A stretch of DNA of 64,000 nt. It comes from Octopus bimaculoides (Eukaryota). The notes beneath the pieces were generated by a model. That model was not told the DNA's origin. It saw only the letters and a list, made by a program, of their open reading frames with translations, and ran no database searches. Positions 12,035 through 25,908 of the stretch are shown in pieces. The translations under genes and the position numbers were made by a program. Numbering within the stretch: the stretch's first letter is position 1; each line of letters begins with the position of its first letter. Location of the stretch: the NCBI RefSeq assembly GCF_001194135.2, contig NC_068986.1:71758335-71822334 (forward strand). The letters are read 5' to 3'.

Positions 12035-13900
12035 TATTATTATTGTTATTATTATCATTATAATTATTATGCCTCCGACAGCTTCATGCTAGCATATGCC
12101 TCGCCCCATCTGGCATAACTCTCAGGTGTATATAGAATTATCTAGTGCGAAGGTAGTAGTTTTATGCTAACAACCATGTTTATGTTTTGAAGAGTTTTCT
12201 AAATGTTCCAGTTGTTCGTTCCAGTAGTGCGTGTAGTATGTAAATTGTGTTATTTGTTGGATAGTGGATTACATCTTGCATAAAATGTTGAAAGTATGGA
12301 ACGGTGATTTTTTGAAGATTATGTCTTTACTGGATTTTATATGTTAGTAATTGTGTAGAATACGTGCCGGTTACATAAGACTGTGTGTTGTGTTATTTAT
12401 ATTGATCAGGGATTGTTTAGAGCACATATTATTGAGTTCTGGTATTTCATTGGAGGATTGAGTAGAGTATCCGTTGTGTTAGTCGTCCAGAAAGTGTATC
12501 TATATTGCGTTTAGTACAAAATTACACTTTATTATAACAAGGTTTTCTGTGGTTTGGCGTGAATTTCTTCTGCATCATATAGCGCGTCTCCGTATTCCAG
12601 ATGTGCGTGGGTACTGCATTATATTTTGTGGGTGTAGATTTGTGTTTGTATGCTAGATCTGTTTTGCTTTGTTATGCATTTAATTATTGTTTCGGTGTTA
12701 TTTCGGTGTTAATTCGGTGTTTTGCTTGTTTCTTGGACAGAATATGTGTAATGGTGGCTATGCTATTTTGTTGGACTGTGTGCTATTTCGTTGATGCGTT
12801 GTATTTTAGAATCGGATGGTAATTGTGTAGAGAACGAGCAGTGCTGGTTGTTTGAATAATTTATATTACTGGGTAATCATGAATAATGTGCTGCTAGTAT
12901 AACAGTATCGAATGCCCTTTACCTAAGAGTATTATTAGATGGTTATCGTATCAAGTATGAACAGTGTGGTTTGTGTTATTGTAGCTGTCTAGCCTAAAGT
13001 AGGCCCTGAGCGAACTGAACTATCTAGTGACTATCTAGTGCTTTTGTATATTTAGAACCACATTCTTCAGTATAAGCATTGTTATTTATGACAGTTGATT
13101 ATGATCTGAGAGATATTTGCAGCTATTTCTAAAAGATCGACTGATTGCATAGAAGCTTCATCGCTTGTCCGTATGATTATTCCCCAGATTATGTTGTGGC
13201 AGTTATTCTGAGAGTGATAACTGCATGAAGTATGCTTTTATGTGTATTGTGCAGGGAAGTGTGTTTGTAATTAACAGCGTTGTTAATTAGTGTTGTGAGC
13301 CCTTGTATGGTTTTTCACGTTCTTTTTCATTATATTTAGTGCTCTAATTACCACTGGTGTATTCACTTATGTCCCACATCATGTTTGTTCTGTCATTTGT
13401 GAAATCTTTTTAGGTTGATTGACTCTGATCTCCCACCAGGTGTTTTTTTGTTTAGAAGGGATCAAATATCTCTATTTAAGTACAATGAGTTTTGTAATCC
13501 ATTATACAGGTTATATTATGTCTGATAATTATATTTGGACAGTTTAACTTATTTTTGCCAGTCAGGATAAGCATATTCCAGATAATTGCTTCCAGGCCGT
13601 TGTCATATACTTGGTTAATGGTTTGTACTAGGTTAATGATTTGTTCTTGGTTAATGATTTGTATACTTAACTTGTTTTGACGCTGAAGTGTCAAAGCATA
13701 TTACTTATTGGACACAGAAATCGACTTGGTCGTATCTATGCATACGTATGAACTTTGCAAGAATTGCCCAACCAGAATTCGTTGTATTGATATAAATGGT
13801 ATGAGTTTTCCCCTTTCTTAGCACTTGTTCTTGGAGTAATTCTGGACTGTATAGGCTTTCCTAGATGGCTATCCCCCAAAACAGAAATTCATTTTTATAT
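11294..13900 (-). mobile_element. Decayed R4/Dong-like LINE interrupted by a SINE fragment and a (CAT)n tract
   Basis: The 3' end reads as KIAL*GTAHVL (resembles QKIALLGTAHIL) next to an (AAT)n tail. A LYTP...GGRG-like thumb remnant lies near 12100-12140 and degenerate RT sequence continues upstream. The left boundary is clearer than the right. Confidence 0.65.
11870..12066. repeat. (CAT)n/(TAT)n compound microsatellite
   Basis: Direct reading; source of the poly-His ORF. Confidence 0.95.
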
Positions 13901-16599
13901 AAATTTCTTTCCCCTCCTCCACCCACTATTTTGAGTGTCAGCTCTCAAGACTAAAACAGAAACCATTATTAATTACCAATGATCTAACGACCGCGCACCT
14001 AATAATGTTTGCTTTATTTTTATATACGATATAAACATTGTTAATCGGATTTCTATATCTCCTACACTATGATCGTAAAATAAAGACAATGCTTTCTCTC
14101 ATATGTATTACCATCAAATATATTTGAATCTCTTTTACCGATATTCCAATTTTTTAATACATGCTTTTACCAATTTGCACTTTCTTTTGAATTTGCTTCA
14201 AGCTTTCTTAGATAATATCCCATGAAATAAATGCACTAATAATACCCGAGCTTAATTTTTCACTTCTCCATGCACTGTAGGTTTACCACAAAAGTTATCT
14301 ACATATATAAACTGTCCTATTTTTCAGAGTGTCATAGACGAAAATTACAGTAATAATCTATTTGAGTAATTATATTTTAATTAACTTGCTTACCTCAGTG
14401 CATCTATAACACGTTTCAAATCGTGCCACGGTGTACAGAAAAGACAAAAAATATGTTTGTTTGTTTTTTTTGTCGAGCATCTATTTGATTTCTTTCTACA
14501 TTGTAACAACTTGTGCGGAAATCAGAATTCAAATCTCTTTCGTTATTGAATTATTTGGGGTTAAACGTTCGTTTGCTTTAGTTTTCAAATTATGTCTGTT
14601 TAGTAAATGTGATTTGTTGTTTAACTGTTTAGACCGGAGTTAATGTTTAATTTTATACTATTGTGAATTGCATTTGACAAAAATTGATTGATATAGATAT
14701 CAATTCAAATATTCTTCGGTTATTGTTATAGTCTAATTATAATGTCAGAGTTGTATAGTTTGCGATAGAACATGATATTGATATTCCTACCAGCTAATAT
14801 GTACGAACAAGCTAGGCTACGTTTTAATCTCATCTGCATAGAGATATGAAGAGAATTTGGCGGAAAGGAATAGAGCAATTACTTAGCATTTTATATAACG
14901 TAACTCGTAGAAAGCTGCATTTCCAAAGAACAATTATATCGCATTCAGGCCTCGTTAATAGTTGATATTGTGTATTCGCAAGAACTAAAATTATATACTT
15001 CGGTACTAATACTAAAAATCAAAGCCTAAAAACTATTCACTTCTTAAAATTCTTCTTTTTAAGAAAATGAAGTATTACAATCCTCAAATAAGAATATTTA
15101 TTTTACCTATAATGAAACATTTTTAGCAATATAATTTGTAATTTTAATCGGAGCTATTGAGATAATAAAATAGATATATCATTACGCTATAGCCAAATCC
15201 CATTTTTTTAAACATCCTTTTCTTTGAATAAACTAAAACAAAAAAAGGAAGGTAAACCGAAAAGAAAGCTAATAAATGAAATTATATATCTTAAATACAA
15301 GTGAAATTATTAGAGATCATAAATATTTCTGTTTGAAATCATTGTTTGGGAGCCATTTAGCGTCCCGCTTTCAAAGAAATGTTTAATATTAATTCGGAAT
15401 AATTTTTAAAAGAAATAAAAGACAGAAATGACAAAGAAGAATATGTGAAAGAAATGGGTTCTGAATCCAAAATATATGAAAGAGAAGAGCATTAAAATTA
15501 TGTGAGCACAAAGTGAATACAGTTTTGAAGAAAATATATTTACAAATTAAAGCTCCTATTTTTCTTTTAAGAAATAGGATACATTACAGTTTAGATAATG
15601 AGCATCTCAAGTGCTAATAAGAAAGCAAAGGTCAATTGAATATATTTCAATTTTAAAAAATTGACTATATGATGTACATTTCGGAAAAAAGTCATAACAT
15701 GACAGTATGAATTTAATTGCAAAGTTGTCTAATTATTCTTTCCCAAATGTACTTTCAATAGACAATCACAATACAATCCAGTTAGATTGCTTTACTAAAT
15801 CGTTTGGCTTACTTTAAATTCTATTTACATAGAATATTCACTAATTTTCATTAGTTATCTTCATATATAAAAGTTTTGTATAATAAATATTGCCATTCAT
15901 ATCTTTCACTAATTTTGTTCTTAGAACTGTAGGTTCTAAGAATTAAATTTTGATGATCTTCCATAAAATATAATTAATGTATCAGTCTTAATGCAGAGAA
16001 TCGCAAACGATAATTTAACATGCTGCAATTGATAATCTGTGAACCACAATCATTTTATAAAAAAGTGTTTAATATATTTTGTTTGATAATTTAAAAATAA
16101 TAGTAAAATTGGGTAATGAAGTGAGTAGTAAATAAAGATAATAGAATAATATATGAGAAACGGCAATATCAATACAGAAAACTAATGTAATAAGCAATTA
16201 ATTTTTATTGATATTACCATTTTATGTTCGATTTGCTCGGCGTGTAGATAAATTAATGTCGTAAAATCAAAATAGAATGTACATAAACCAAACGATATAG
16301 TTTTAAATACACTCCAATTCATAAATGTATCAGCGGTTCTTGTCACTGGAAGTCTTTCTGCACTTGGAAAGCATCAAGTTGGTAGGAAAACATGAACATT
16401 TATCAGAGAAGCGTAGTTAGTGTATCAAAGTTTTAATGGTAGATAAATTTGAAACTGTTTCAAAGGAAAAAGAAACTACTTACCTTTTAACAAAAGTGTC
16501 ATTTAAACAAAATAATTATTTAAAAGATGGCTTTCAAGGACTTTTCTAATAATTTTAAAGCAACTATTTATGAGATTACCTTACTACCCACTGAGAACT

Positions 16600-17620
16600 A
16601 TATACCTTTATCGATTAAGTAAAATATGCAATTCCATTAATGTATGCAAAAACATATATGTGTATTTCACTTCAAATTGTTAATAAATATTCAATGTGGA
16701 TGGGCCGAATGTTTTAACAGACATATTTCTATGAAAATCTGACGTTAAACTTCATATTTCTTTTTATAACTGCCCCATTCTCATGATACACAAGCTCCAT
16801 ATGAAAGACGTTTACCACTTTTTCCCAAAATTGGTTGCTCCCATTTACTATTTCTAACTGTATAGTTGTGTGAGTTCTACCATCAAGTAATCAAAGGAGA
16901 AAAAATTGTCTCTACAATTCATCTCTTCCAAAATGGTGCCCCAAATCTTTGGTTTCTTACTGAATGCACATCAGCAAACCCCAGTCATTGTTTCTGTACA
17001 CCACTCTTCCATATAGACAAAATACTTGTAAATTTACTTCCAGTTCTAGTCTTCCAATTCTAGTCCAATTCATGCAACAAATACCCTTCTGAACACAGCA
17101 TTTCCAGTTTAAAAAACGAAAGGATGGTTAAACAATTGAAGCTTAACACTTTGTCTACTCCAATGTAGATACTTGGTTATAAACTAGCATTTCATTTCAT
17201 CACATTTGTACGCCTGTGATCAAGCATAGTATCTGTAGAAATTAATATCATTCCTTCTGTGCCAATATCTTGCACTGAAGAACTTGGATGAATGCAGTCT
17301 CCTCTGCATTTAAAACTCTTTACCCAATATATCATCCTTCATTTTCTAGATTTGTGCGTAAATTCACTTTTAGGTCATGTTCTTTCATCACCGGAGTAAC
17401 TTGGAATTATGGTAAGTTTTCTTCTCCGTGCTAACATGCTTCTATCTATATATCTAATCATTTTATTTCCTTCATGTACACAATACTACTATTTTCCGCC
17501 TTAGCACTTGTCGCACCGACGCCTTTGCGACAGATTTCAACAAAATTCGTCAGGACTGTATATTTATTTTCAAAGAACAAGGATCCAGAATACATTATAG
17601 AATGAAGAAGCAAACATTTC
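16600..17620 (-). mobile_element. Decayed piggyBac-like DDD transposase
   Basis: Ordered, frameshifted remnants: SLFFEN...KEIK (resembles FSLFFDD...EIK), LARRRK (LPRRRMYW), CDEM (IDESM), SRQSVK..NHP (GRHSCKQ...KP), FKLEMLCSEGYLLH (FKLWxLC..GY), SKFTSI (DNFFTS). No TIR or TTAA target identified. Confidence 0.6.
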
Positions 17621-18559
17621 ATTCGAAAGTATCAATACAGTAAATACATAAGGACGCACATTCACAACATCCATACTTTCCAAACTTGTGAATAATAATA
17701 TCTGCTAAAACGTGCATTTTCTACAAAAACTAAGCTTTGCAAACACAGATGCGATCATAGGAGTCACATGCTTATAACACCAAGACAAGATTTTTTACTG
17801 CTGATAAAAATACTTTAGTCTTCTACAAATATTATTCAACCAAAACACATACAAGGTTGTATTAGAATATTAAGCAGAAACCCTAGTTGAACCTAACATA
17901 TGAACATTCTACAAGCATGAGACCACTAACATGTTATGTTCTTTTCCACCCCTAATGTTTATTTCTCTTTGAATAGTTTTCACTCTTTCTCTCTCTCATA
18001 TACATTCCTTGTTATGATTCCATTTCTTTTGATACTACTACACCATTTTCAACATAGAGAACTATACACTATCCACTGAATTCACATGATGCATTTATCA
18101 TCATCTCTTCTGAATCGTCCTAAATACCTAATATTTCCTTCCCGAAGATCTGATTGTTTTTGGAAATTTTTCTTTCCCCCATATTGATCCTCAAATTTAC
18201 GTCATGCAGAAATTCGATCTGAGCAAACTGCTTAAAACGATCTATTCTCTATCTTTTTCTCTCACATACACTCTCACACACGTGCGCACGAGAGACGTAC
18301 ACTCACACAAACATACACACAATCACACTGATTCTCACTCACTGATAAAATGATTCCATGTACTTCTTTGACACATTCTCTATTGCGTTCGTTATTATTT
18401 TTAATTACCAAATTAAAACAGCGTCTTATACTTACATTACGCGAAAGCTTTAAACTTTAATTCGCACAATAGTCATTATTTTTCTACGGAAATATTTTAA
18501 TTACTTTAATTTAAATGAAATGATTTCATACTTGTTATACTGTCAAATGTATCATCTCA

Positions 18560-20330
18560 TCATAGATTTTATTATATTGCCTCTGCTTTCATATACACCT
18601 TTGTATTGATTTCTGATTGCTTGTTGGATATTTTTAGATTTAAGCATTATCTATTCTCATTTGAATTTTCTTTTCATATTCCATTATCAAAAAGTTGCAC
18701 ACTACTGCGCATCATTTGATTTTGTATAGTTTGAAAAAGGTAGCGTCACATTCTTTAAGATTATAAGACACAGTAAGTATAAATTATTTTATTAACAATA
18801 AGATTATTTTGCTGATATCTCGACTTATTCTTTCCTCTATCTAACAAGAAACTACTGCCAAAAATACTGCCTGACAATACTTTTTCTGTTTTTGAAAGTA
18901 TTTCTTACTTCTCTGTTTTTATTGCTAATCTCCAAAATCGGCTTTCATGTAATGCTTTTCAAATTGTAGGTACTTCAAACATTTATCGAATTTATTCCTA
19001 TTTTTAAATTGGTTTATTGATAGAATATCAAAATTTGAAGTTTACATTTCTGTATATCATATCTCCACAAAACGGGGAACAGAAAGCAAATCAAAATCAT
19101 TGTATGTGACCTCATATGAAAATATTCTTAAAGTACCAATTAATTATGTGTGTTCGCTTTGCACATTTTCGGTATGACTATGATCTTTAATGAATTTAAC
19201 TCCTGGATTCTGTTACTATGTTACCCTAATTTTTAAGACATTAAATAAGGGTTTTCTCCATAATGGAATTATACAGAAACACGGTCTACACTAAAAGGCA
19301 AGGCTGAACTGAATGCATTAGCGTAATCAGCAAATTATATGTTTACTTAGTTTCTTTTTAGATTATTTGTCTAGACATCTGTAAAGATAAGGAGTTGCAT
19401 CACGAAGTCTCTAGATGACACAAACCATTGGCATTTCGAAAATTCATGTACTCAAAATTTCACATGTAACAAGTTGCACAGCGCATCAGTTAATCTGATT
19501 CATCTGTACATTTGTAGTGTTATTCCATTTATTATACAAAGTGGCAATGAAAAATGATTTCCATAGTAAAAAGATAACACCTTTAATAATGTAGAGTACA
19601 GGATAACAAGATGTTGATTTAAAAAACAGCTAATTTCTGCATAAATATTGATGTTATCATGATGTTTAGTGACTTAGAATCCTTGCAGATCTGAGTCATA
19701 TTTGGGTGAAATACTTTTAATTCACTGATCACAGTAAATAAGATATATCACAAATCTTTGATCATTCTCTTAAATCACAGCTAATGAACTAGTCATTTCA
19801 TGAAGCTTTGAATTCGTTTCTGATTTCAAATGTTGATGCACTTATATCATCAACATACCTATCAAAATCTATGTTATCTTTTATATTTAAAACATTGTTT
19901 GTATTTCTTTCAGTTGCTTTTCCTGTGCTGTGCTCTAAGATGATTTTCAGCTTCTTTGTTTCATACCTGACATATATTTGCTAATGTTCTTTGGTGTTAT
20001 TCACTTGCTTGCATCAGGTCTCAAATATTTAATTTACGCGTTCGAATAAATAGTGTTGACATAGATTTTAACTATCTTGTCAAGAAGTTTCAACTAATCT
20101 GCTTTATGTCTGACTGTGTGAATTTTTGGTCTAAAATAAGTAAATATCTAAAATTGTGATCCATACTTGTGTATTAATACATGAGATAGACACTCCTTCC
20201 ATCTGGTAGTAGACTGAATCGCTGATATTTTGATAAGATATTTTACAATCGACAACAGGATTCTTGAAAAATGTCCGCTTATCAGCTACAAGTTCTTTAT
20301 TCTTAGACATTCCTTGCATTCAAGTGTGAA
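18560..20330 (-). mobile_element. Decayed Penelope-like element (RT and GIY-YIG)
   Basis: Ordered remnants LPDG..YTSMDHN (resembles LYTSIPH), TLANI, RYVDDI (19860-19843), ATLYNK (TTVYRKP), and CSPFCGDM (the cysteine pair of the GIY-YIG region). Many stops and frameshifts. Confidence 0.65.
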
Positions 20331-20567
20331 TACATCATTTTAACTGACTCAGCAACTAATCTGCACTTTAATTAAAATAGTGCACAAAGTAATGTAAATC
20401 ATGAGTATAAAGTTTCATACGAATTAATAGGATCATTAAATTATCAACAACATTAAGCTGCTCGATATTAAGATAATTCTTTACAGAAGGATTACATTTT
20501 CTCCACATCAGAATTTCCAGTATTGTTATTGATATATTTGCGCGTTTGTGTGTTTATAATCTAAATT

Positions 20568-20603
<36 letters not shown>

Positions 20604-20628
20604 NNNNNNNNNNNNNNNNNNNNNATAT

Positions 20629-20663
<35 letters not shown>

Positions 20664-20966
20664 CTTGAGGTCTTGTTTGTGCATTTATTCATACGACATC
20701 ATTAGATAGACGGGTCACTCTTTGTTATGATGTAACTTTTGAAATCAAAATTTTGGCGGGAGGGGTTGCAGGTTACAGTAAGCATTAAGAGTTCATTTTC
20801 TGAACTGAAACTGATCTGCATTTAATTTTGAGTTTATATTTGAATTCTCACTTACCGATTCTATTCCAAACATAAATATTACGAATTGTTGCTAAGGTTG
20901 ATATGTGTTTGAGAATTTTTTACAGTGTATTTTAAGAGTTAAGCTATGCAATGTGTCATTTTATAG

Positions 20967-21045
20967 CAATGATTAGAATTTTGAATATTATTATTCAAGG
21001 TTTTGAATATTATTATTCAATGATTAGAATTTTGAATATTATTAT
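20967..21045. repeat. Short imperfect tandem repeat at a LINE 3' end
   Basis: CAATGATTAGAATTTTGAATATTATTAT at 20967-20994 and 21018-21045, with a partial third unit between. Confidence 0.9.
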
Positions 21046-21890
21046 CCCAGGCTTTATTGGAGCTCCTGGAGTATTGCATGCGTAGCGGGCTTACTACCTG
21101 CAGCCTACGGTACCATGCTATTCGCTCTTTTCAGCTATCTGCTACTTTCCGAATTATACTGGCTGTGCCAAGGAGGCAAATCATTTGTAACAGTTCTACG
21201 GGGCACTCTATTCCAATTTCCTTTATATTCCCCTTGATGCCTTCTGATACTGTTCCCAAGGACCCAACAATAATTGGCACTATTTTCACCTTCTTCATTT
21301 TGCATAGCCGGGCTATTTCGTACTTTAGAGAGTTGTGTCTATCTATCTTTTCGCCTTCCTACTTGACTATTTGTGGGTCAAAGGATCACGCAACATCGAC
21401 TATATAGCATATGTGGTGCACCCTATCCACCACCACTAGGTCCGGTCTGTTATGCTCTAGCACCTGATTTGGTTGGATTGGGAAATGCCATAGGATTTTG
21501 CCAGTCTCCGACTCTGCCACCTCTCTGCGGTTTGTGCTCATTCCACGTCTTGCCTCTCATACCACGTCTTGCTTCTCTCTATCTCCCACTTTTCGCACAG
21601 TTTCCAATGTAGCACTTTCGCACCTGGTCGTGTCGCTACAACTTTAAGTGGTTTTGGGCAAGTCTAGGGCATTTGTTCGTGATATGTGCTATGGTTTCAC
21701 CCAGTCTATTGCAGATGCGGCACAGTGGAAACACTTGCTCATTCCTCAGGTTGACCCTCCAGTTCGTGGCCAGAGCTTAGTCCTGCACTGTCAGTACAGA
21801 TCTCTCGGTTTCTTTTTTTAGGGTTCCTTTCATCATCCAATCCCATCTATTCTTCCAGCAACTCCTGTTGTGGCTACATGGAATTGATTG
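21046..21890 (-). mobile_element. R4/Dong-like LINE 3' fragment with CCHC zinc knuckle and restriction-like endonuclease
   Basis: Minus strand CRICNRLGETIAHITNKC (C-x2-C-x8-H-x4-C), HNRPDLVVVD, YIVDVA, KIVPIIVGSLG, CLLGTASIIRKV: the classic RLE-LINE C-terminus. Confidence 0.92.
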
Positions 21891-21934
21891 TGTAGTCCCT
21901 TATTGCGTAATTCTTCTTCCTATCCTTTTTGTAC

Positions 21935-21988
<54 letters not shown>

Positions 21989-22014
21989 TCATTATTATCC
22001 ATTATTATCATTAT

Positions 22015-22151
22015 CAAATTCCGCCGAGGTCGACTTTGCCTTTTATCCTTTCGGGGTCGATTAAATAAGTATCTGTTACGCACGGGGAGGGGGCGATGCA
22101 AACGACTTACCCCTCCCCCAAATTTCAGCCTTCGTGCCTATAGTAGAAAAG
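22015..22151 (+). mobile_element. SINE family A, 5'-truncated, between (ATT)n tracts
   Basis: CAAATTCCGCCGAGGTCGACTTTGCCTTTTATCCTTTCGGGGTCGATTAAATAAGT...AGTAGAAAAGATTATT. Confidence 0.88.
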
Positions 22152-22262
<111 letters not shown>

Positions 22263-23352
22263 GATCTATCTATTTAATTGTTTATTTCTGACTGGTTCTT
22301 CCTCGCAATTAAACTCAAGAAATACAGTTGGTTTTGTTTCATGACTTCTAATCAAAAGATTTGAAACCTTCGAGGAAATCGTGGTAAGATCATTATATTT
22401 TTTTATATTTCACGTTTTTATTACACATTTTCTATACATGCTTTTTAAATTAAAGAAAATAATATCAAACCAGTGATACAAAGATAATTTCTTAATGAAT
22501 ATCGCCCTCTGTTCATTTTCATTTAGATTAGTTTCTCTAGCTGCATTTATTTTTTTAAATGGAATATTCTATTTACATTACACCACAATATTGATGACTT
22601 TTAATTCAAAAAATCTACTTTGAATTAATGCTAACACTTGCTAATGGAGTCATGCAGATAGAGTAGCAGTCCAAATTATATCAATATATTAAAGATACCT
22701 CGTTATTAGATTTATGTGAATTAAGCATATACATAACAATAATTTTTGTATGTATTTTTAGATGAGAACACAGAAAGTAATGTAGTAAAATTAGCATCCT
22801 CATTGTTTTCTAGGTTCTGAATTTATTAAATGTCGTCAGATTTGTTTGAAGCTGATATATCGTACTCTACTTGATTTTAAAATTTAAGACTTACATTGTA
22901 AGATTCAAAGTTTCAAAGAATCATAACTTTTTTAAAAATCTTAATTCTCTTATAACTTATGCTCACTCATCTGTTGTTTCCACCATAATGAACATAGGAA
23001 AGTGTTCAACAAATTGTGAAATTCGATGGTTTTGAGAAGAGTTTTAGAAATATGTTAATGAATTCACTATACCAGACGGGTTGTTCTTTATTCGATTAAA
23101 TAGCTTTTTCAACAGAATATAATAAAGGGGCCTCGTATACTCTAAATTGAATCTATCTAAATATTTATTGCACAAACTGTTTGAAATTTCATTCTCTCTA
23201 AGATTTTAATACATATTTGAATCGGACACTGCTTGGGGACAACATGTTATATGCATGAAAACAACCATGCTAAACACACACACACACACAAACACACACA
23301 CGCGCGCAACACATGCACACGCACGCACACACATGTGTATATATGTATATAC

Positions 23353-23388
<36 letters not shown>

Positions 23389-24285
23389 TCTTTTAATCAT
23401 CTCTATATGTATGGTGTATTGACAGAATAATTAGACCATTGATAAAACGCTATAAAATATTTAGTTGCGGCCTTTTACATTTTGAATTGGAGCTGAAATC
23501 TGACATTTCTTTTCGTAATCCCAGAACCCATAAAATAAGATATAATTGTCTTTCACTCCCCATATCAACTATGCTGACCAACTGTTATTGCATACCTCTG
23601 ATCACAGAAAGGTCACACTATTTAATTTATCCGCATTCGTGGATAAATAGCTGAATAGCTAATCTTCAGTAATTATTTACAATATATAATTACACAATAG
23701 TTTAATCAGTCCTCTAATAATGATCATCAAGTAGTAATGTTATCTTAATAACTACACCTTATCTAAGATATTTAGACATTTAATTACTAATTTGTGTAAT
23801 TATAGTCTCCATAACATAAAGACCTAAAATATGGTTGGTTACGATAATTCAATTATCACAACTGTGATATAGAATGTTTAAAGATTGCTTTAATATCACC
23901 TCGGCAACCTGTGATACATTGCGTCACAAAATTAAAGTCATTGTACTGGTACTCTTCTTCGAGGTTCACAAACAATACAAAACATGTAAATCTATAATAA
24001 TCTAAATGCTACATATGTGGGCACACGGTACAGAATCAGTATTTTATCATCACAGAACCCTCACATTAACACGAATAACCTATCAATTATTTACATACAT
24101 TGTCTTTGTCAATATCTTTATTCATTTTAGAGACATGAGGAATTTCAGAAAAGTCGGATGATTAAAACATCATATCTATCACTAATAATATGAATTCTAT
24201 ACGATACAACGTTTCCAAATGCGCCAAACTTGACGATAAATATGTTAATATATTTCCATCAATGTTCAACAATTCTCTATAGAGT

Positions 24286-24328
<43 letters not shown>

Positions 24329-24465
24329 CTCTTTCACACGACTGAAAACATGCAGAACTAAATTCAAGATCCGTCGAATTCTTAATACTTAATACTCTGT
24401 CTCTTAATTTCGATCTCAANNNNNNNNNNNNNNNNNNNNNNNNNNNNNNNNNNNNNNNNNNNNNN

Positions 24466-24531
<66 letters not shown>

Positions 24532-25774
24532 GCACATACACATACATAAACATGCACAGAGTTTCTCTCCTCTCCATCAGCCTTTCGGTCACTTTGTATA
24601 AATATGTGTATATATGAATAACAACTAAGGCACAGCTTTGAATAAATATTGTACCATTTTCCCCAGTATGCTTCCATTGAACTACATTTCACACCATTAA
24701 AAGTACTATTATTCATTATATATGTCTGCGACGAAGACAAGCGGCTATATGATTTGAAGTTACTGTGACTCCTTTTGTAAAAGTTAAATAAACATGTGTT
24801 CTACTACAATGTATTGAGTAATTCTTCAGTTTAATGATACTTATTCTTATCACAACTTTAGACACATACATATAAATCGCAGCTTGATTCAGCACCACAT
24901 GACTTAGAGTTTCGTGGGCGCCGCCGGATACATCCCTTCATCACACCTTTAAGAGAACTGGCAAGAGAAGAAATGTAAAATCGCTTCTACGAAAGGTTTT
25001 AGGCATTCATTGGTCCCGAGGTTGTCATTAATATTAAAGTGACAATAGTTGCTTTAGTAGTAGGTCCATAAGATGAGCCACTAAGATGTTGGTATCACTT
25101 TGTCAGGATTTTTCAGAATTTGATATTTCGGTGATATATTAACTGTTGCCCATAAGTGCAACAGTAATAATACATGCCTTGCCACTCTGCATTGGTCAGT
25201 TATGTCTAGTGCAGAATACCTGTATTATCACTGACCAAAAGTTTTAGGTTAATTTCTCTGCCCCTACTGGTATTTATTTTCAATTGACAGTCTATTACTT
25301 ATTAGTATTCTACCTAGAAGATGAGAGCCAGATTCTAACAAAGAAACAAATTTGGATCATAACAACGATAATTGATACATATCGAACTTTAGGAAAGTCT
25401 TGCATACTTGTACTGTTCTGTGTGATCCGTGTTAAGCGTTGTTTTTTTCTTTGCTTGATTATAATCGTTTTTCCAGATTGTGGCTTAGGCATTTACTAAC
25501 ACAAAAGTATAACGATATTTTACATAAATGTGAAGTTATAATCATGGTAGTCGAGCTGTCATGTATTCCACAATGTATGAATGTCCTGTTCATTGATCAG
25601 AGGGGATAAGTAATCGACAAATATATATATATATATATATACATATATGTGTGTGTGTGTGTGTATTGGTATGTGGATACATACATATATATTGTTAGAA
25701 ATAGTAAGACAACAAAAGAATGAAAGAGACCTCCATATTATGTAAACAGAGGAATTTATCTGTAAATATAATAG

Positions 25775-25859
25775 GTGACAATTATTCGGTAGCCATGATA
25801 ACACTCGACCCCGACATCCGAAACTCAGAGTTTTATCATGGCTACCGAATAATTGTCAC
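25775..25859. mobile_element. 85-bp foldback or MITE-like element with perfect 27-bp terminal inverted repeats
   Basis: GTGACAATTATTCGGTAGCCATGATAA (25775-25801) is the exact reverse complement of 25833-25859. TA dinucleotides lie one base outside each end (25772-25773 and 25861-25862). Confidence 0.65.
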
Positions 25860-25877
25860 ATATATTTACATATACAT

Positions 25878-25908
<31 letters not shown>

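Noticed and set aside
11744-12118. His-rich 124-aa ORF
   Set aside because: It is the translation of a SINE fragment plus a (CAT)n tract.
14394-14403. 10-nt micro-exon candidate (TAG|ATGCACTGAG|GTAAG, minus strand)
   Set aside because: It is frameshifting, the pyrimidine tract is distant, and such matches are expected by chance.
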